DNA of 64,000 nt from contig OY759974.1 in NCBI GenBank assembly GCA_963662945.1, positions 800,001-864,000 of the forward strand, written 5' to 3'. Under the pieces are notes generated by a model. It made no database searches. It was given only the letters and a program-made list of their open reading frames with translations, and was not told the origin of the DNA. This document shows, piece by piece, positions 37,602 through 48,100 of this stretch. Source of the DNA: Arcobacteraceae bacterium. Lineage in GTDB: Bacteria; Campylobacterota; Campylobacteria; Campylobacterales; Arcobacteraceae. Each line of letters begins with the position of its first letter. Position 1 is the first letter of the stretch. Made by a program: the position numbers and the translations under genes.

Positions 37602-38912
37602 ATGAAACTATTAGTATTTATTTTTCTAATCCTACAAGGAGTATTGATGGCAAATAGCCTACCAAAATATTATGAAGAGACTTTAGAAAATGGTCTTAAG
37701 ATTGTTGCAATCCCTATGGATAATGATAGTAAAGTTATCACTACTGATATTTTTTACAATGTTGGAAGTAGAGATGAGATTATGGGGAAAAGTGGAATTG
37801 CACATATGCTTGAACACCTTAACTTTAAATCAACAAAAAACTTAAAAGCTGGAGAATTTGATACTATTGTAAAAGGTTTTGGTGGGGTAAATAATGCTTC
37901 AACAGGATTTGACTATACACATTACTACATCAAATCAAGCAATAAAAATCTTGATAAATCTTTAGAATTATATGCTGATTTAATGGAAAACTTAACTTTA
38001 AAAGATGAAGAGTTTCAGCCTGAAAGAGATGTAGTTGCAGAGGAAAGAAGATGGAGAACTGACAACTCTCCTATGGGGTATTTATACTTTAAACTTTTTA
38101 ATAATACTTTTACTTACCATCCTTATCATTGGACACCAATTGGATTTATGTCTGACATCCAAAATTGGAGTATAGAAGATATAAGAGAATTTCACTCTAA
38201 ATTTTATACACCATCAAATGCCATTATAGTTGTTGCAGGAGACATCACAAAAGAAGAAGTTTTTGAAGCTGCAAAAAAACACTTTACACCTATAAAAAAT
38301 ACAAAAAATAGTAAAGAGATTACAAAAACTTTACACACTGTAGAACCAAAGCAAGAGGGTGAAAAAAGAGTTATAGTTCATAAAGATTCTCAAGTAGAGA
38401 TGTTAGCTATTAATTTTCATATACCAAATTTTTTAAATAAAGACCAAGTTGCTCTTTCTGCTTTAAGTGAACTGTTAAGCTCTGGAAAAAGTAGTCGTCT
38501 TAATGAACTACTTATAGATAAAAAACAAATGGTAAATACTATATATGCTTATAATATGGAGTTAAAAGATCCAGGAGTTTATCTCTTTTTAGCTGTTTGT
38601 AATCCTGGTGTAAAAGCTAGTGATGTGGAAAAAGAGATTTGGAAAGAGATTAAAAGAGTACAAATAGGTGATGTAAAAAAATCAGAACTTGCCAAAATAA
38701 AGAAAAATACTAAATCTGATTTTATCTTTTCTCTAGAAAGTTCTAGCAGTGTAGCTTCTTTATATGGAAGCTATCTTATAAGAGGTGATATAACTCCACT
38801 TATGAATTATGAAGAAGATATTAAAAATCTTAAAACAAAAGATATAGTAGAAGTAGCAAATAAATATTTGATAAAAAGTAACTCTACAACAATGATTTTA
38901 AAACAAAATTAA
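37602..38912 (+). CDS. M16 family (pitrilysin-like) zinc peptidase
   Basis: GIAHMLEHLNFK (HxxEH), NASTGFDYT. Confidence 0.93.
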   Translation: MKLLVFIFLILQGVLMANSLPKYYEETLENGLKIVAIPMDNDSKVITTDIFYNVGSRDEIMGKSGIAHMLEHLNFKSTKNLKAGEFDTIVKGFGGVNNASTGFDYTHYYIKSSNKNLDKSLELYADLMENLTLKDEEFQPERDVVAEERRWRTDNSPMGYLYFKLFNNTFTYHPYHWTPIGFMSDIQNWSIEDIREFHSKFYTPSNAIIVVAGDITKEEVFEAAKKHFTPIKNTKNSKEITKTLHTVEPKQEGEKRVIVHKDSQVEMLAINFHIPNFLNKDQVALSALSELLSSGKSSRLNELLIDKKQMVNTIYAYNMELKDPGVYLFLAVCNPGVKASDVEKEIWKEIKRVQIGDVKKSELAKIKKNTKSDFIFSLESSSSVASLYGSYLIRGDITPLMNYEEDIKNLKTKDIVEVANKYLIKSNSTTMILKQN

Positions 38913-38935
38913 AATCAAATTCACTCAACCCAATA

Positions 38936-38965
38936 ATGACCTCTCAATCAGAGGTCATCTTTTTT
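38936..38965. terminator. Terminator between convergent genes
   Basis: ATGACCTCT-CAATC-AGAGGTCAT plus T-tract. Confidence 0.8.
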
Positions 38966-38973
38966 ATCTACAC

Positions 38974-41634
38974 CTACTGCTCTAACTCTTGTTGAGGCGC
39001 GCTAAAATAATACCCTTGAGAATAATCTATACCTAGTTCATTTACAATCTTTAATATTTTCTCATTTTCCACAAACTCTGCAATAGTTTTCATATTCATT
39101 TTTTTAGCAAAATTAACAATAGTTTCTACAACCATTTTCGCATTTTTATCTGTATCAATATTTTTTATCATTGAACCGTCAATTTTAATAAAATCAGCTT
39201 CCAGCTTCATCAAATATTCAAAATTACTATAACCAGTACCAAAATCATCAATAGCAATCTTACAGCCAAATGCTTTGACATTTTTAATAAAACTTACCAC
39301 TTGGGTAAAGTTTTCTATAGATTCTGACTCAACAATTTCAAATACAACTCTTTTCCCTATACCATATTTATTTAAAAGCTCAAAAATATAATCTTGTATC
39401 TCAATATTTAAAATATCATCAATAGTTAAATTAACAGAAAACTCAAAGCCATTATTGTAAAACTTTTTAAAACTTTTTTCTAACATAATCTTTGTGAGTA
39501 TATTATAATATTTCGTTTTCTTTGAAATCTCTAAGAAAAAATATGGAGAAATAACTTTATCATCTTCCAATATTCTTATAAGTGATTCATATTTTTCATA
39601 ACTGTTATTTGCATTATTGACAATTGGTTGGAAATATGGCACTACCCTATCTTCTTCAATTGCTTCTTTAATCTTTTTTGTCCATCTTAAATTATTTTCA
39701 TATTCTTTATTTAAAGAATTATCTTCATTGTAAATCACAATATCAATATTCTTTTTTCTTGCAATTTGAAGTGCCATATCCGCAGTTTGTAAAATCTTAT
39801 CATTTGTTTCAAACGATATTGCACCTGTTAATTTTACAGAAAGTTGTTCAGTATCAACCTCTATATTGTCATTATCAATAAAATTTACAATATTTCGAAT
39901 TCTTTCATAAAAAAGGTCGTTAGAGTGTTGGTGTCCTAAAATGACAAACTCATCACCTTGTAAACGATATAATTGATACTGTTTATGATTTGATATTAAA
40001 CTTGATAATATTTCTGATAACCTTTTAATCAATTTATCCCCAAATACATGACCATAAAAATCATTCACTTGTCTAAAATTATCTACATTTAATATAGCTA
40101 TTGAATTTCTTTTATTTTTATGAAGATCGTTCGTAAGTTTAAATCTATTTCCAAGATTCGTTAAAAGATCTCTATTGACTAAATCATCTAACTTTTCTCT
40201 TTGTTTTACAAGCTCAGTAATTTCATGTCGAACTGCAATATACTCCATAATCTCATTTTTACTATTTAATATTGGTTGAATTACAATATCAACCCAGTAA
40301 GAAGTACCATCTTTTCTTCTATTTTTTAAAACTCCTTTCCAAACATTTTTGGATTGAATTGTTTGCCAAAGATTTTCAAACACACTTTTTGGAGTTTTTG
40401 GATCTCTTACTATACTATGAGGAGAACCTATTGTTTCATTTTTAGAGTATCCACTTACTTTATAAAAGTTATCATTTGCATAAATAATATTACCATTTAA
40501 ATCAGACTTTGTAACAATACTTCCTTCATCCATTACACTTTTATAACTATTTAAAAAAGATATATTATCTTGCAATGTTTTTGATAATTTATTAAAATCT
40601 TTTGTAATACTACTTATCTCATCATATTTATCAATTTTAATCTCTTCATATTTATTGTTTTTAATATTTTTGATACTTGCTTTAAGATTTTCAAGAGGAT
40701 TTACTATTGATTTATTAATAAATTTAAATGAAACAATAAAGGTAATAAAAAGTATCAAAATCCATACAAAAAATATCTCTAAATAAGTGATAGTTAATTG
40801 TTTATTGAGTTCTTTTTTATTAATTATAAAAACAGCTTCTAATCCGTGTGTTGTATTATTTATAAGTGGATAACTAACAAAACTATGCTCAGTTGAACTT
40901 TTAATATTTTCAAACTCTTCTTTATCCATTTTATTAGAATATATATAGTTTTCGTCAGATTTTAAAACTATCTGAGTTCCTAATCTATCATTTAACACAG
41001 TTAAAAACTTACTATCTATATTAAATCCAACTCGAATATATCCAATAAGTTTATTGTCCAACAAAACTTTTTTGGTATATTCGAAAAAATAAATATCTTC
41101 CATATAAAAAACTTCAAAAGTATTTTCACTTATCTCTTTTATATTAGGTAAGTTAGTAGATTTTTTTGTTTCATAATCTATAAAAGTTTTTTGTCCATTT
41201 TCATAAGAGATATAGCCTAACTCTTTTTTATCTTTCAATTTTCTATTTACTAAAATTAATTTCCCATTTTTATCAAAAATACTCAAAGTATAATTATCTG
41301 AATCTTTAATCCATTTTCTTGTATTTTCTATCATACTACTTTTTTCAAAATCGTAAATTTCTTTAAGATAATCCATTGGATTTTCATAGTTTGAAATTAA
41401 ATTTAAAGAATTTATAATATCGTTATCATGGGAGATTTCATCCGAAAATTGTTCAATATTTTTTTTAGTATTTTCTATAATATTATGAATAATCTTTTTA
41501 TCATGATTTATATTTTCTGTTCTTTGTGTGTGAAAAATATTTTCCACTACATTTAAAGTAATATAGCTACTTATCATCAATGCTACTGTTGAAAGTGAAA
41601 TAATAAGTACAAATAATTTATGTTTTAACGACAT
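38974..41634 (-). CDS. Membrane sensor with HAMP, PAS, degenerate GGDEF and EAL domains (c-di-GMP phosphodiesterase)
   Basis: Two TM helices; PAS YANDNF...KNRRKDG..YWV; RLQGDEF; YESLIR; DDFGTGYSNF. Confidence 0.92.
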   Translation of the reverse strand: MSLKHKLFVLIISLSTVALMISSYITLNVVENIFHTQRTENINHDKKIIHNIIENTKKNIEQFSDEISHDNDIINSLNLISNYENPMDYLKEIYDFEKSSMIENTRKWIKDSDNYTLSIFDKNGKLILVNRKLKDKKELGYISYENGQKTFIDYETKKSTNLPNIKEISENTFEVFYMEDIYFFEYTKKVLLDNKLIGYIRVGFNIDSKFLTVLNDRLGTQIVLKSDENYIYSNKMDKEEFENIKSSTEHSFVSYPLINNTTHGLEAVFIINKKELNKQLTITYLEIFFVWILILFITFIVSFKFINKSIVNPLENLKASIKNIKNNKYEEIKIDKYDEISSITKDFNKLSKTLQDNISFLNSYKSVMDEGSIVTKSDLNGNIIYANDNFYKVSGYSKNETIGSPHSIVRDPKTPKSVFENLWQTIQSKNVWKGVLKNRRKDGTSYWVDIVIQPILNSKNEIMEYIAVRHEITELVKQREKLDDLVNRDLLTNLGNRFKLTNDLHKNKRNSIAILNVDNFRQVNDFYGHVFGDKLIKRLSEILSSLISNHKQYQLYRLQGDEFVILGHQHSNDLFYERIRNIVNFIDNDNIEVDTEQLSVKLTGAISFETNDKILQTADMALQIARKKNIDIVIYNEDNSLNKEYENNLRWTKKIKEAIEEDRVVPYFQPIVNNANNSYEKYESLIRILEDDKVISPYFFLEISKKTKYYNILTKIMLEKSFKKFYNNGFEFSVNLTIDDILNIEIQDYIFELLNKYGIGKRVVFEIVESESIENFTQVVSFIKNVKAFGCKIAIDDFGTGYSNFEYLMKLEADFIKIDGSMIKNIDTDKNAKMVVETIVNFAKKMNMKTIAEFVENEKILKIVNELGIDYSQGYYFSAPQQELEQ

Positions 41635-41652
41635 TGTTTCTCTTTTATAAAT

Positions 41653-42546
41653 CTAAAAAATTGGTTCAACTTTATACACATTTTCTTTCGTAACTAATAC
41701 TGTATCCAATGTAATATTCTTTGATACCTTTTTTCCATTAATTATATCCACTACAGCTTGAACACCCTCTTTAGCAGAAGTAGGATATAAAAAACTTCCA
41801 AGTTGTTCACCATCTATAATAGCTTGTCGACTTTGTTTTACATAATCTATACCAACCATTGGTATATGCAAATCTTGTTTAAAACGTTTCATCACTTCTC
41901 TTGCACCAATTAACATACTATCACTATGAGAAAAGATTGCATCAAATTGAATCTTATCATGATATACAGCTTCAACAGCCTTTATAGCATCGTTACGAAG
42001 ATAGTTAGCTCTTTTTGATATAACGTTGATTTTAGGGTATTGATTCATGATACTTAAGAAGCCTTCTTCTCTTTGTATAGTAGAAGAAGCACCTTCTATA
42101 CCTTGTAACATCAGAATATTTCCCTTATAATTTAACTTTTTAACTAAAAGTTTTGCAGCATCTTGGCCAATTTTATAATTGTTTGGGGCAATAAAAACTG
42201 TATAATCATCAGTGGTTATTGTTCTACTGATTAATATAACTTTTATACCTTTATCAATTGCTTTTTTTAATACTAAGGAAGTGATTTTAGCATCTTTTGG
42301 ACTAGTAATTATAAAATCTACACCCTGTTTTATAAACTCTTCTATATCTCTTATTTGTTTTGAAACCTTTGAATTTCCATCTCTTACAATAAGTTTTAAG
42401 TACGGATATTTTTTCACTTCATTTTTTAACTCTTCGGTCTGAGCTAATCGCCAATCATTATTTAAAGTATCTTGAGAAAATCCAATTATATAACTTTTAG
42501 CATACATTGAAGTTATACACAATAATACGAAAAAAAATAATCTCAT
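41653..42546 (-). CDS. RbsB/LacI-type periplasmic sugar-binding protein
   Basis: IGFSQ...NDWR, NYKIG, REEGF, DSMLIGA, VGID. Confidence 0.88.
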   Translation of the reverse strand: MRLFFFVLLCITSMYAKSYIIGFSQDTLNNDWRLAQTEELKNEVKKYPYLKLIVRDGNSKVSKQIRDIEEFIKQGVDFIITSPKDAKITSLVLKKAIDKGIKVILISRTITTDDYTVFIAPNNYKIGQDAAKLLVKKLNYKGNILMLQGIEGASSTIQREEGFLSIMNQYPKINVISKRANYLRNDAIKAVEAVYHDKIQFDAIFSHSDSMLIGAREVMKRFKQDLHIPMVGIDYVKQSRQAIIDGEQLGSFLYPTSAKEGVQAVVDIINGKKVSKNITLDTVLVTKENVYKVEPIF

Positions 42547-42679
42547 ATAGTTCCTTACAATTATATCTTTTCATTATACATAAATTAAAATAAATATTCA
42601 TAATTAACTTAAATAATTTTATTTTCTTAAATCTATCCAAACTATAATTTTATAATAAAAACTTATTAAGGAGTAGACG

Positions 42680-42832
42680 ATGGAACTTATATTTGCATTG
42701 ATTATTGTTGCATTTTTTATAATGCTAAATCAAGTAAGAATTGGTCTTGTAGGTGATGAAAATCCCTCTTCTGAAATTTTAATAGGATTATCTACTATTC
42801 TTTTTGGATTTATTTATTCTTTATTTGTCTAA
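42680..42832 (+). CDS. Small two-TM membrane protein (50 aa; absent from the ORF track)
   Basis: MELIFALIIVAFFIMLNQVRIGLVGDENPSSEILIGLSTILFGFIYSLFV; AAGGAG RBS and TATAAT upstream. Confidence 0.72.
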   Translation: MELIFALIIVAFFIMLNQVRIGLVGDENPSSEILIGLSTILFGFIYSLFV

Positions 42833-42897
42833 TATCATTATTATAAAATCTTTGATATAATCCCCGATAATATTTAAAGATACAATAAGGTAAAAGA

Positions 42898-43788
42898 ATG
42901 ACGATTGTTACAGGAGCTACTACAGCTATAATTACTCCATTTAGAAATGGAAATTTAGATGAAGAAAAATATGCTCAACTAATACAAAGACAAATAGATA
43001 ATGGTATAGATGCAATTTGTCCAGTTGGTACAACTGGGGAAAGTGCAACACTAACGCATGATGAACATAAAAGATGTATTGAAATTGCTGTTGAAGTTAC
43101 AAAAGGTACAAGTGCTAAAGTATTAGCAGGTGCTGGAAGTAACTCAACTGCTGAAGCCGTGGAAATAGCACGACATGCTCAAAAGTGTGGAGTAGATGCA
43201 CTTTTTTCTGTAAGTCCTTATTATAACAAACCTTCTCAAGAGGGATTATACCAACACTATAAAGCTATAGCAAATGCCGTTCCAGAACTTGGGGTAATGC
43301 TTTACAACGTACCTGGAAGAACAGGAGTTGATATAGAAGCAAACACAGTTATAAGACTTTTTGATGATTGTAAAAATATTTACGGTATCAAAGAAGCAAC
43401 AGGAAGTTTAGATAGAACAGTACAACTTCTTTCACAAAGAGCAGACTTAAAAATTTTAAGTGGTGATGATGCTATTGATTTTCCTATTTTAGCAAATGGT
43501 GGAGCTGGTATTACATCAGTAACGGCAAATTTATTACCAGATTTAAAAAGTCAACTTACTCGTGAAGCATTAAATGGAAATTTTTCTGTAGCAAAAGAAT
43601 TAAATAATATGCTATATCCTATCAATAGTGTACTTTTTTGTGAATCAAATCCAATTCCTATAAAAGCTGCTATGTATATAGCTGGACTTATTGATACATT
43701 AGAATACAGACTGCCTCTAACTGCGCCAAGTAGTGAAAACATGAAAAAAATTGAAGCAGTAATGAAAAACTATAATATAGTAAAGTAA
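42898..43788 (+). CDS. dapA: 4-hydroxy-tetrahydrodipicolinate synthase
   Basis: GTTGES, PYYNKPSQEGL, YNVPGRTG, GIKEATG. Confidence 0.98.
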   Translation: MTIVTGATTAIITPFRNGNLDEEKYAQLIQRQIDNGIDAICPVGTTGESATLTHDEHKRCIEIAVEVTKGTSAKVLAGAGSNSTAEAVEIARHAQKCGVDALFSVSPYYNKPSQEGLYQHYKAIANAVPELGVMLYNVPGRTGVDIEANTVIRLFDDCKNIYGIKEATGSLDRTVQLLSQRADLKILSGDDAIDFPILANGGAGITSVTANLLPDLKSQLTREALNGNFSVAKELNNMLYPINSVLFCESNPIPIKAAMYIAGLIDTLEYRLPLTAPSSENMKKIEAVMKNYNIVK

Positions 43789-43796
43789 TCTTTTAT

Positions 43797-44096
43797 ATGT
43801 ATACAATTATAGCTATCTTACTTCTTTTATTGATAGCTATATTTTCTATCCTTTTATATTTTAAATCAAAAAAATCAAGACAAATTCTACTTGATACTGG
43901 AATTTGTCCATCATGTCATAGTGAGCCAAGAAGTTTTAAAGATGAAGCTACAGGCACACTGTTTAAAGTAAATCCAATCAAAAAAACTATTTTAAAAAAT
44001 CATGGATGCAGTGGTATCATTGAATATGAATACAACTGTACAAATTGTGGACTTAAAGAGGTACATACAAGTGTTGGTCAGGGTTGTAGTTTATAA
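43797..44096 (+). CDS. Membrane-anchored zinc-ribbon-like hypothetical protein
   Basis: N-terminal TM; CPSC and CTNC pairs plus two further Cys. Confidence 0.75.
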   Translation: MYTIIAILLLLLIAIFSILLYFKSKKSRQILLDTGICPSCHSEPRSFKDEATGTLFKVNPIKKTILKNHGCSGIIEYEYNCTNCGLKEVHTSVGQGCSL

Positions 44097-44119
44097 ATTT
44101 TACACTTATTTGATAAATT

Positions 44120-44151
44120 AAAAAGCAAGGTATAAAACCTTGCTTTTTTTT
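44120..44151 (+). terminator. Rho-independent terminator
   Basis: AAAAAGCAAGGT-ATAAA-ACCTTGCTTTTTTTT. Confidence 0.85.
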
Positions 44152-44165
44152 ATTTTTGCAATATA

Positions 44166-44195
44166 CTTGACAAAGAGTGACTAAAGTGTTATAAT
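44166..44195 (+). promoter_or_regulatory. clpB sigma70 promoter overlapped by an HspR (HAIR)-like operator
   Basis: TTGACA(44167)-N17-TATAAT(44190); CTTGACA-N7-ACTAAAG versus HAIR consensus CTTGAGT-N7-ACTCAAG. Confidence 0.75.
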
Positions 44196-44199
44196 TTTA

Positions 44200-44226
44200 C
44201 TAGCACTTAAATATTAAGAGTGCTAA
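44200..44226 (+). promoter_or_regulatory. CIRCE element (HrcA operator)
   Basis: CTAGCACTT-N9-GAGTGCTAA versus consensus TTAGCACTC-N9-GAGTGCTAA. Confidence 0.9.
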
Positions 44227-44247
44227 TTTATATAAAAAGGTGTCATA

Positions 44248-46827
44248 ATGAGTAATAATATATTTGAAAAATTAACTAATCAAATGCAAGAAACTATAGA
44301 GTCAGGATTGAGTCTTGCACTTCATAATAAAAACCAAGAAGTAGAAGTTATCCATTTAATTTGGGGACTACTTACAAATACAAGCAGTGTATTAAATCAA
44401 TTATTAAATAAAATGAATTTAGATAAAACTGCCATAGAACTTGAAGCAAAAAGTGTTGCAGGAAAACTTGTAACATCAAGTTCTGTTTCAAAAGAAAATA
44501 TTAAAATAAGTAGAAATGTTGTAGATACACTGAATAATGCAAGTGGATTAATGGCAAGTCAAGGGGATAGTTTCTTGGCTGTTGATACATGGATTATCGC
44601 AAACTTAAACCATCAAGTATTTAAAGATGTTTTAGGAAAATATGTAGATTTAAAAGAGGTAAAAAAAGAACTTGAAACTATAAGAGGTGGTGCAAAAGTT
44701 GATAGTGCTAGTGCTGATGATAATCTTGAAGCATTGAGTAAATACGGTATCGATTTAAATCAAAGAGCCATAGATGGAAAACTAGATCCTGTAATTGGAC
44801 GAGATGAACAACTAACACGTATGATGCAAATTCTTATTAGAAAAACAAAAAATAATCCTATTTTACTAGGGGAACCAGGAACTGGTAAAACTGCAATTGC
44901 AGAAGGACTAGCACAAAGAATTGTAAACAAAGATGTACCAACTTCTTTAGCAAACAAAAGAGTTGTAAGTCTTGATATGTCAGCACTTATAGCTGGGGCT
45001 AAATATAGAGGAGAATTTGAAGATAGATTAAAAGCGGTAATTAAAGAGGTACAAAAAGTTGGAAATATTATCCTTTTTATAGATGAAATTCATACCATCA
45101 TAGGTGCTGGTGCTAGTGAAGGAAGTATGGATGCTGCAAATATCTTAAAACCAGCATTAGCTAGAGGTGAACTTCATACTATTGGAGCAACTACATTAAA
45201 AGAATATAGAAAATATTTTGAAAAAGATGCAGCAATGCAAAGAAGATTTCAACCTATTAATGTAGATGAACCAAGTGTAAATGAAGCATTACAAATTTTA
45301 AGAGGTATTAAAGAAAAACTGGAAACACATCATAATGTAACTATCAATGATTCAGCACTCGTAGCTGCTGCAAAACTAAGTGATAGATACATTACAGACA
45401 GATTTTTACCAGATAAAGCAATCGACTTAATAGATGAAGCAGCAGCTGAATTAAAAATGCAAATTGAGTCTGAACCAACTGCACTTTCAACAACAAAAAG
45501 AGCTATTGGAACTCTTGAAGTTGAAAAAGAAGCTTTAAAGATGGAAAAGGGGAATAAAAATGACTCTAGACTTTCTGAAATAGAAAAAGAATTAAGTGAT
45601 TTAAAAGAGAAACAAAGAAGTTTAGAAACACAATTTGCTAATGAAAAAGAAACTTTTAATGCAGCATCAACCCTAAAAACACAAATAGATGAACTCAAAG
45701 GGAAAGCTGAAAGAGCAAAACGAGAAAGTCAATTTGAACAAGCGGCACAAATAGAATATGGGCAAATTCCAGAATTAGAAAAAAAGATAAAAGAAAATGA
45801 AGAAAAATGGGCAAAAATGCAAGAGCATGGAACACTGCTTCGAAACTTTGTTGATGAAGAAGCAATTGCAAGTATCGTTTCTAGATGGACAGGAATTCCT
45901 GTAAATAAAATGCTTAAAGATGAAAAAGCAAGAATTTTAGAAGTAGAAAATGTTCTTAAACGAGATGTAATTGGACAAGATGAAGCAATAAAAGCAATTA
46001 GTCGTGCAATCAAAAGAAACAAAGCAGGACTTAGTGATGAAACAAGACCTATTGGAAGTTTTCTATTCCTTGGACCTACAGGAGTTGGTAAAACTGAATC
46101 AGCAAAAACATTAGCAAAGTTTTTGTTTGATGATGAAAAATCACTTATACGGTTTGATATGTCTGAATATATGGAAAAACATAGTGCAAGTAGATTAGTA
46201 GGAGCTGCACCAGGTTATGTAGGATATGAAGAAGGTGGACAATTAACAGAAGCTGTAAGAAGAAAACCGTATAGTGTAATACTTTTTGATGAGATTGAAA
46301 AAGCACATCCAGATGTATTTAATATATTACTTCAAGTTCTAGATGATGGAAGACTTACAGATAATAAAGGTGTAACTGTTGATTTTAAAAATACAATTAT
46401 AATTTTAACTTCAAATATAGGAAGTAGAAAAATTATCGAAATAGAAGATAAAGAGCAAAGAAAAGAAGAAGTTCTTGCAGAACTTAAAGGGTATTTTAGA
46501 CCAGAATTTTTAAATAGACTCGATGATATCGTTATATTTGAACAACTTGGACTTGATGCAATTGTCAATATAGTTGATATTATGTTTAATTCGATTGCGA
46601 AAAAAGTTGCAACAAAAGATATAAAATTATCGATGACAACTGAAGCTAAAAAATATATTGCAGAAGCAGGATTTGATCCAGTTTATGGAGCAAGACCATT
46701 AAAACGTGCATTATATGAAATTGTTGAAGATAAACTTGCTGATTTAATACTTGAAGAAAAAGTTGAAGAGGGAAATAGTGTACAATTTGACTTTAAAAAT
46801 GGTGAAATAACTGTAGATATTTCATAA
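44248..46827 (+). CDS. clpB: Chaperone/disaggregase ClpB
   Basis: Two AAA+ modules ([16 protein letters not shown]), long middle coiled coil, YGARPLKR. Confidence 0.97.
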   Translation: MSNNIFEKLTNQMQETIESGLSLALHNKNQEVEVIHLIWGLLTNTSSVLNQLLNKMNLDKTAIELEAKSVAGKLVTSSSVSKENIKISRNVVDTLNNASGLMASQGDSFLAVDTWIIANLNHQVFKDVLGKYVDLKEVKKELETIRGGAKVDSASADDNLEALSKYGIDLNQRAIDGKLDPVIGRDEQLTRMMQILIRKTKNNPILLGEPGTGKTAIAEGLAQRIVNKDVPTSLANKRVVSLDMSALIAGAKYRGEFEDRLKAVIKEVQKVGNIILFIDEIHTIIGAGASEGSMDAANILKPALARGELHTIGATTLKEYRKYFEKDAAMQRRFQPINVDEPSVNEALQILRGIKEKLETHHNVTINDSALVAAAKLSDRYITDRFLPDKAIDLIDEAAAELKMQIESEPTALSTTKRAIGTLEVEKEALKMEKGNKNDSRLSEIEKELSDLKEKQRSLETQFANEKETFNAASTLKTQIDELKGKAERAKRESQFEQAAQIEYGQIPELEKKIKENEEKWAKMQEHGTLLRNFVDEEAIASIVSRWTGIPVNKMLKDEKARILEVENVLKRDVIGQDEAIKAISRAIKRNKAGLSDETRPIGSFLFLGPTGVGKTESAKTLAKFLFDDEKSLIRFDMSEYMEKHSASRLVGAAPGYVGYEEGGQLTEAVRRKPYSVILFDEIEKAHPDVFNILLQVLDDGRLTDNKGVTVDFKNTIIILTSNIGSRKIIEIEDKEQRKEEVLAELKGYFRPEFLNRLDDIVIFEQLGLDAIVNIVDIMFNSIAKKVATKDIKLSMTTEAKKYIAEAGFDPVYGARPLKRALYEIVEDKLADLILEEKVEEGNSVQFDFKNGEITVDIS

Positions 46828-46831
46828 AATA

Positions 46832-46860
46832 AAGTTTCCAAGTAGATTACTTGGAAACTT
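46832..46860. terminator. Hairpin terminator between convergent clpB and cytochrome c genes
   Basis: AAGTTTCCAAGTA-GAT-TACTTGGAAACTT. Confidence 0.8.
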
Positions 46861-46879
46861 ATACACTAACTAAAATAAA

Positions 46880-47170
46880 CTATTTTATAGTTTGAACGTG
46901 TGCAGCAACTGCTTCAATATCTGCATCACTTAATTTATTTACTTGTGGTATCATAATCGCTTTCATTGCACCACCATAACTACCGTCTTTATAACCTTTC
47001 ATTGTTTTAACAATTTCATCTTTACTCAACGTTGCTAACACTTTTGACTTTCCAAGTGCTACTTTTTCAGCTTTTGCTCCATGACAAGTTTTACATGCGC
47101 TATTATATATAGCTGCACCATCTGCGAATAAACTCCCACACATAAGAGTAACTAAAAACAATTTTTTCAT
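46880..47170 (-). CDS. Periplasmic monoheme cytochrome c (c553-like)
   Basis: Signal peptide, CKTCH, distal Met in GGAMKAIM; AAGGA RBS before ATG 47170. Confidence 0.93.
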   Translation of the reverse strand: MKKLFLVTLMCGSLFADGAAIYNSACKTCHGAKAEKVALGKSKVLATLSKDEIVKTMKGYKDGSYGGAMKAIMIPQVNKLSDADIEAVAAHVQTIK

Positions 47171-47313
47171 AACTTTCCTTTTATCAATATGATAAAGAAT
47201 TTTACAATATTTTATATTAGAAAGTACCATTTAAATTTAAAACTTAACTAAACTAACCTTAAGTATTTTTTAAATATAATCCCGAACTCAATTTAGAAAA
47301 AAGGAAATTAGGG

Positions 47314-47448
47314 ATGAAAAGAACATATCAACCACATAACACACCGAGAAAAAGAACTCACGGTTTCAGAACAAGAATGGCTACTAAAAATGGTAGAAGA
47401 GTTATCAAAGCTAGAAGAGCTAAAGGTAGAAAAAGATTAGCTGTTTAA
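47314..47448 (+). CDS. rpmH: 50S ribosomal protein L34 (44 aa; absent from the ORF track)
   Basis: [44 protein letters not shown]. Confidence 0.98.
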   Translation: MKRTYQPHNTPRKRTHGFRTRMATKNGRRVIKARRAKGRKRLAV

Positions 47449-47771
47449 GCAAATCTCACAGAATAAATACTCAAAAAGAGTTTAACTACATATATAAGAG
47501 CAACAAAAAGTGGCACACTAAAAGTTTTGTTGTTTTTTTTCAAAAGGGCGATTATTTAAATGTCGCTTTTGTATCATCAAAAAAAGTTGGCAATGCAGTA
47601 CATAGAAATAGAGCACGTAGAGTTTTACGTGCTTTAGTTTTAGAAAAAGAAAAACAACTACAAAATGGTAAATATATATTTGTAGCAAAAAATGAACTCT
47701 TTGAACGAGATCACAAAACTTTACAAAAAGATTTTGATTTTGCAATGAAAAAATTAGGTTTATATCAATGA
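47436..47771 (+). CDS. rnpA: Ribonuclease P protein component (probable ATT start; absent from the ORF track)
   Basis: [22 protein letters not shown] motif; lies between rpmH and yidD. Confidence 0.92.
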   Translation: MSCLSKSHRINTQKEFNYIYKSNKKWHTKSFVVFFQKGDYLNVAFVSSKKVGNAVHRNRARRVLRALVLEKEKQLQNGKYIFVAKNELFERDHKTLQKDFDFAMKKLGLYQ

Positions 47772-48100
47772 ATAAATTAGTGCTTTTACTTATAAAGTTT
47801 TATCAAAAGTACCTAACTATATTATCATTTGGAAGTTGTAGATATTATCCAACTTGCTCATCATATGCAAAAATGCAATTTGAACACAATAATTTTTTTA
47901 AAGCACTTTTATTATCATGCTATAGAATACTAAAATGCAATCCACTTTTTGATGGAGGATTCGATTATGTTAAAACAAATTGCCCTTCAAAAAACAAAAT
48001 AAATCTAGAATTTAAAAAAATTAAGGTAAAATACTGGCTCGTTCCAGTAAATAACAAACAATGCTTAATACTGAAACACAATACAAAATGGGATAAATAG
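47768..48100 (+). CDS. yidD: Membrane protein insertion efficiency factor YidD
   Basis: CRYYPTCSSYA...RILKCNPLFDGGFD. Confidence 0.95.
   Translation: MNKLVLLLIKFYQKYLTILSFGSCRYYPTCSSYAKMQFEHNNFFKALLLSCYRILKCNPLFDGGFDYVKTNCPSKNKINLEFKKIKVKYWLVPVNNKQCLILKHNTKWDK

Noticed and set aside
42844-42870. Sigma28-like TAAA-N15-CCCGATAA upstream of dapA
   Set aside because: It overlaps a good extended sigma70 TGATATAAT, and dapA is not a flagellar gene; probably chance.
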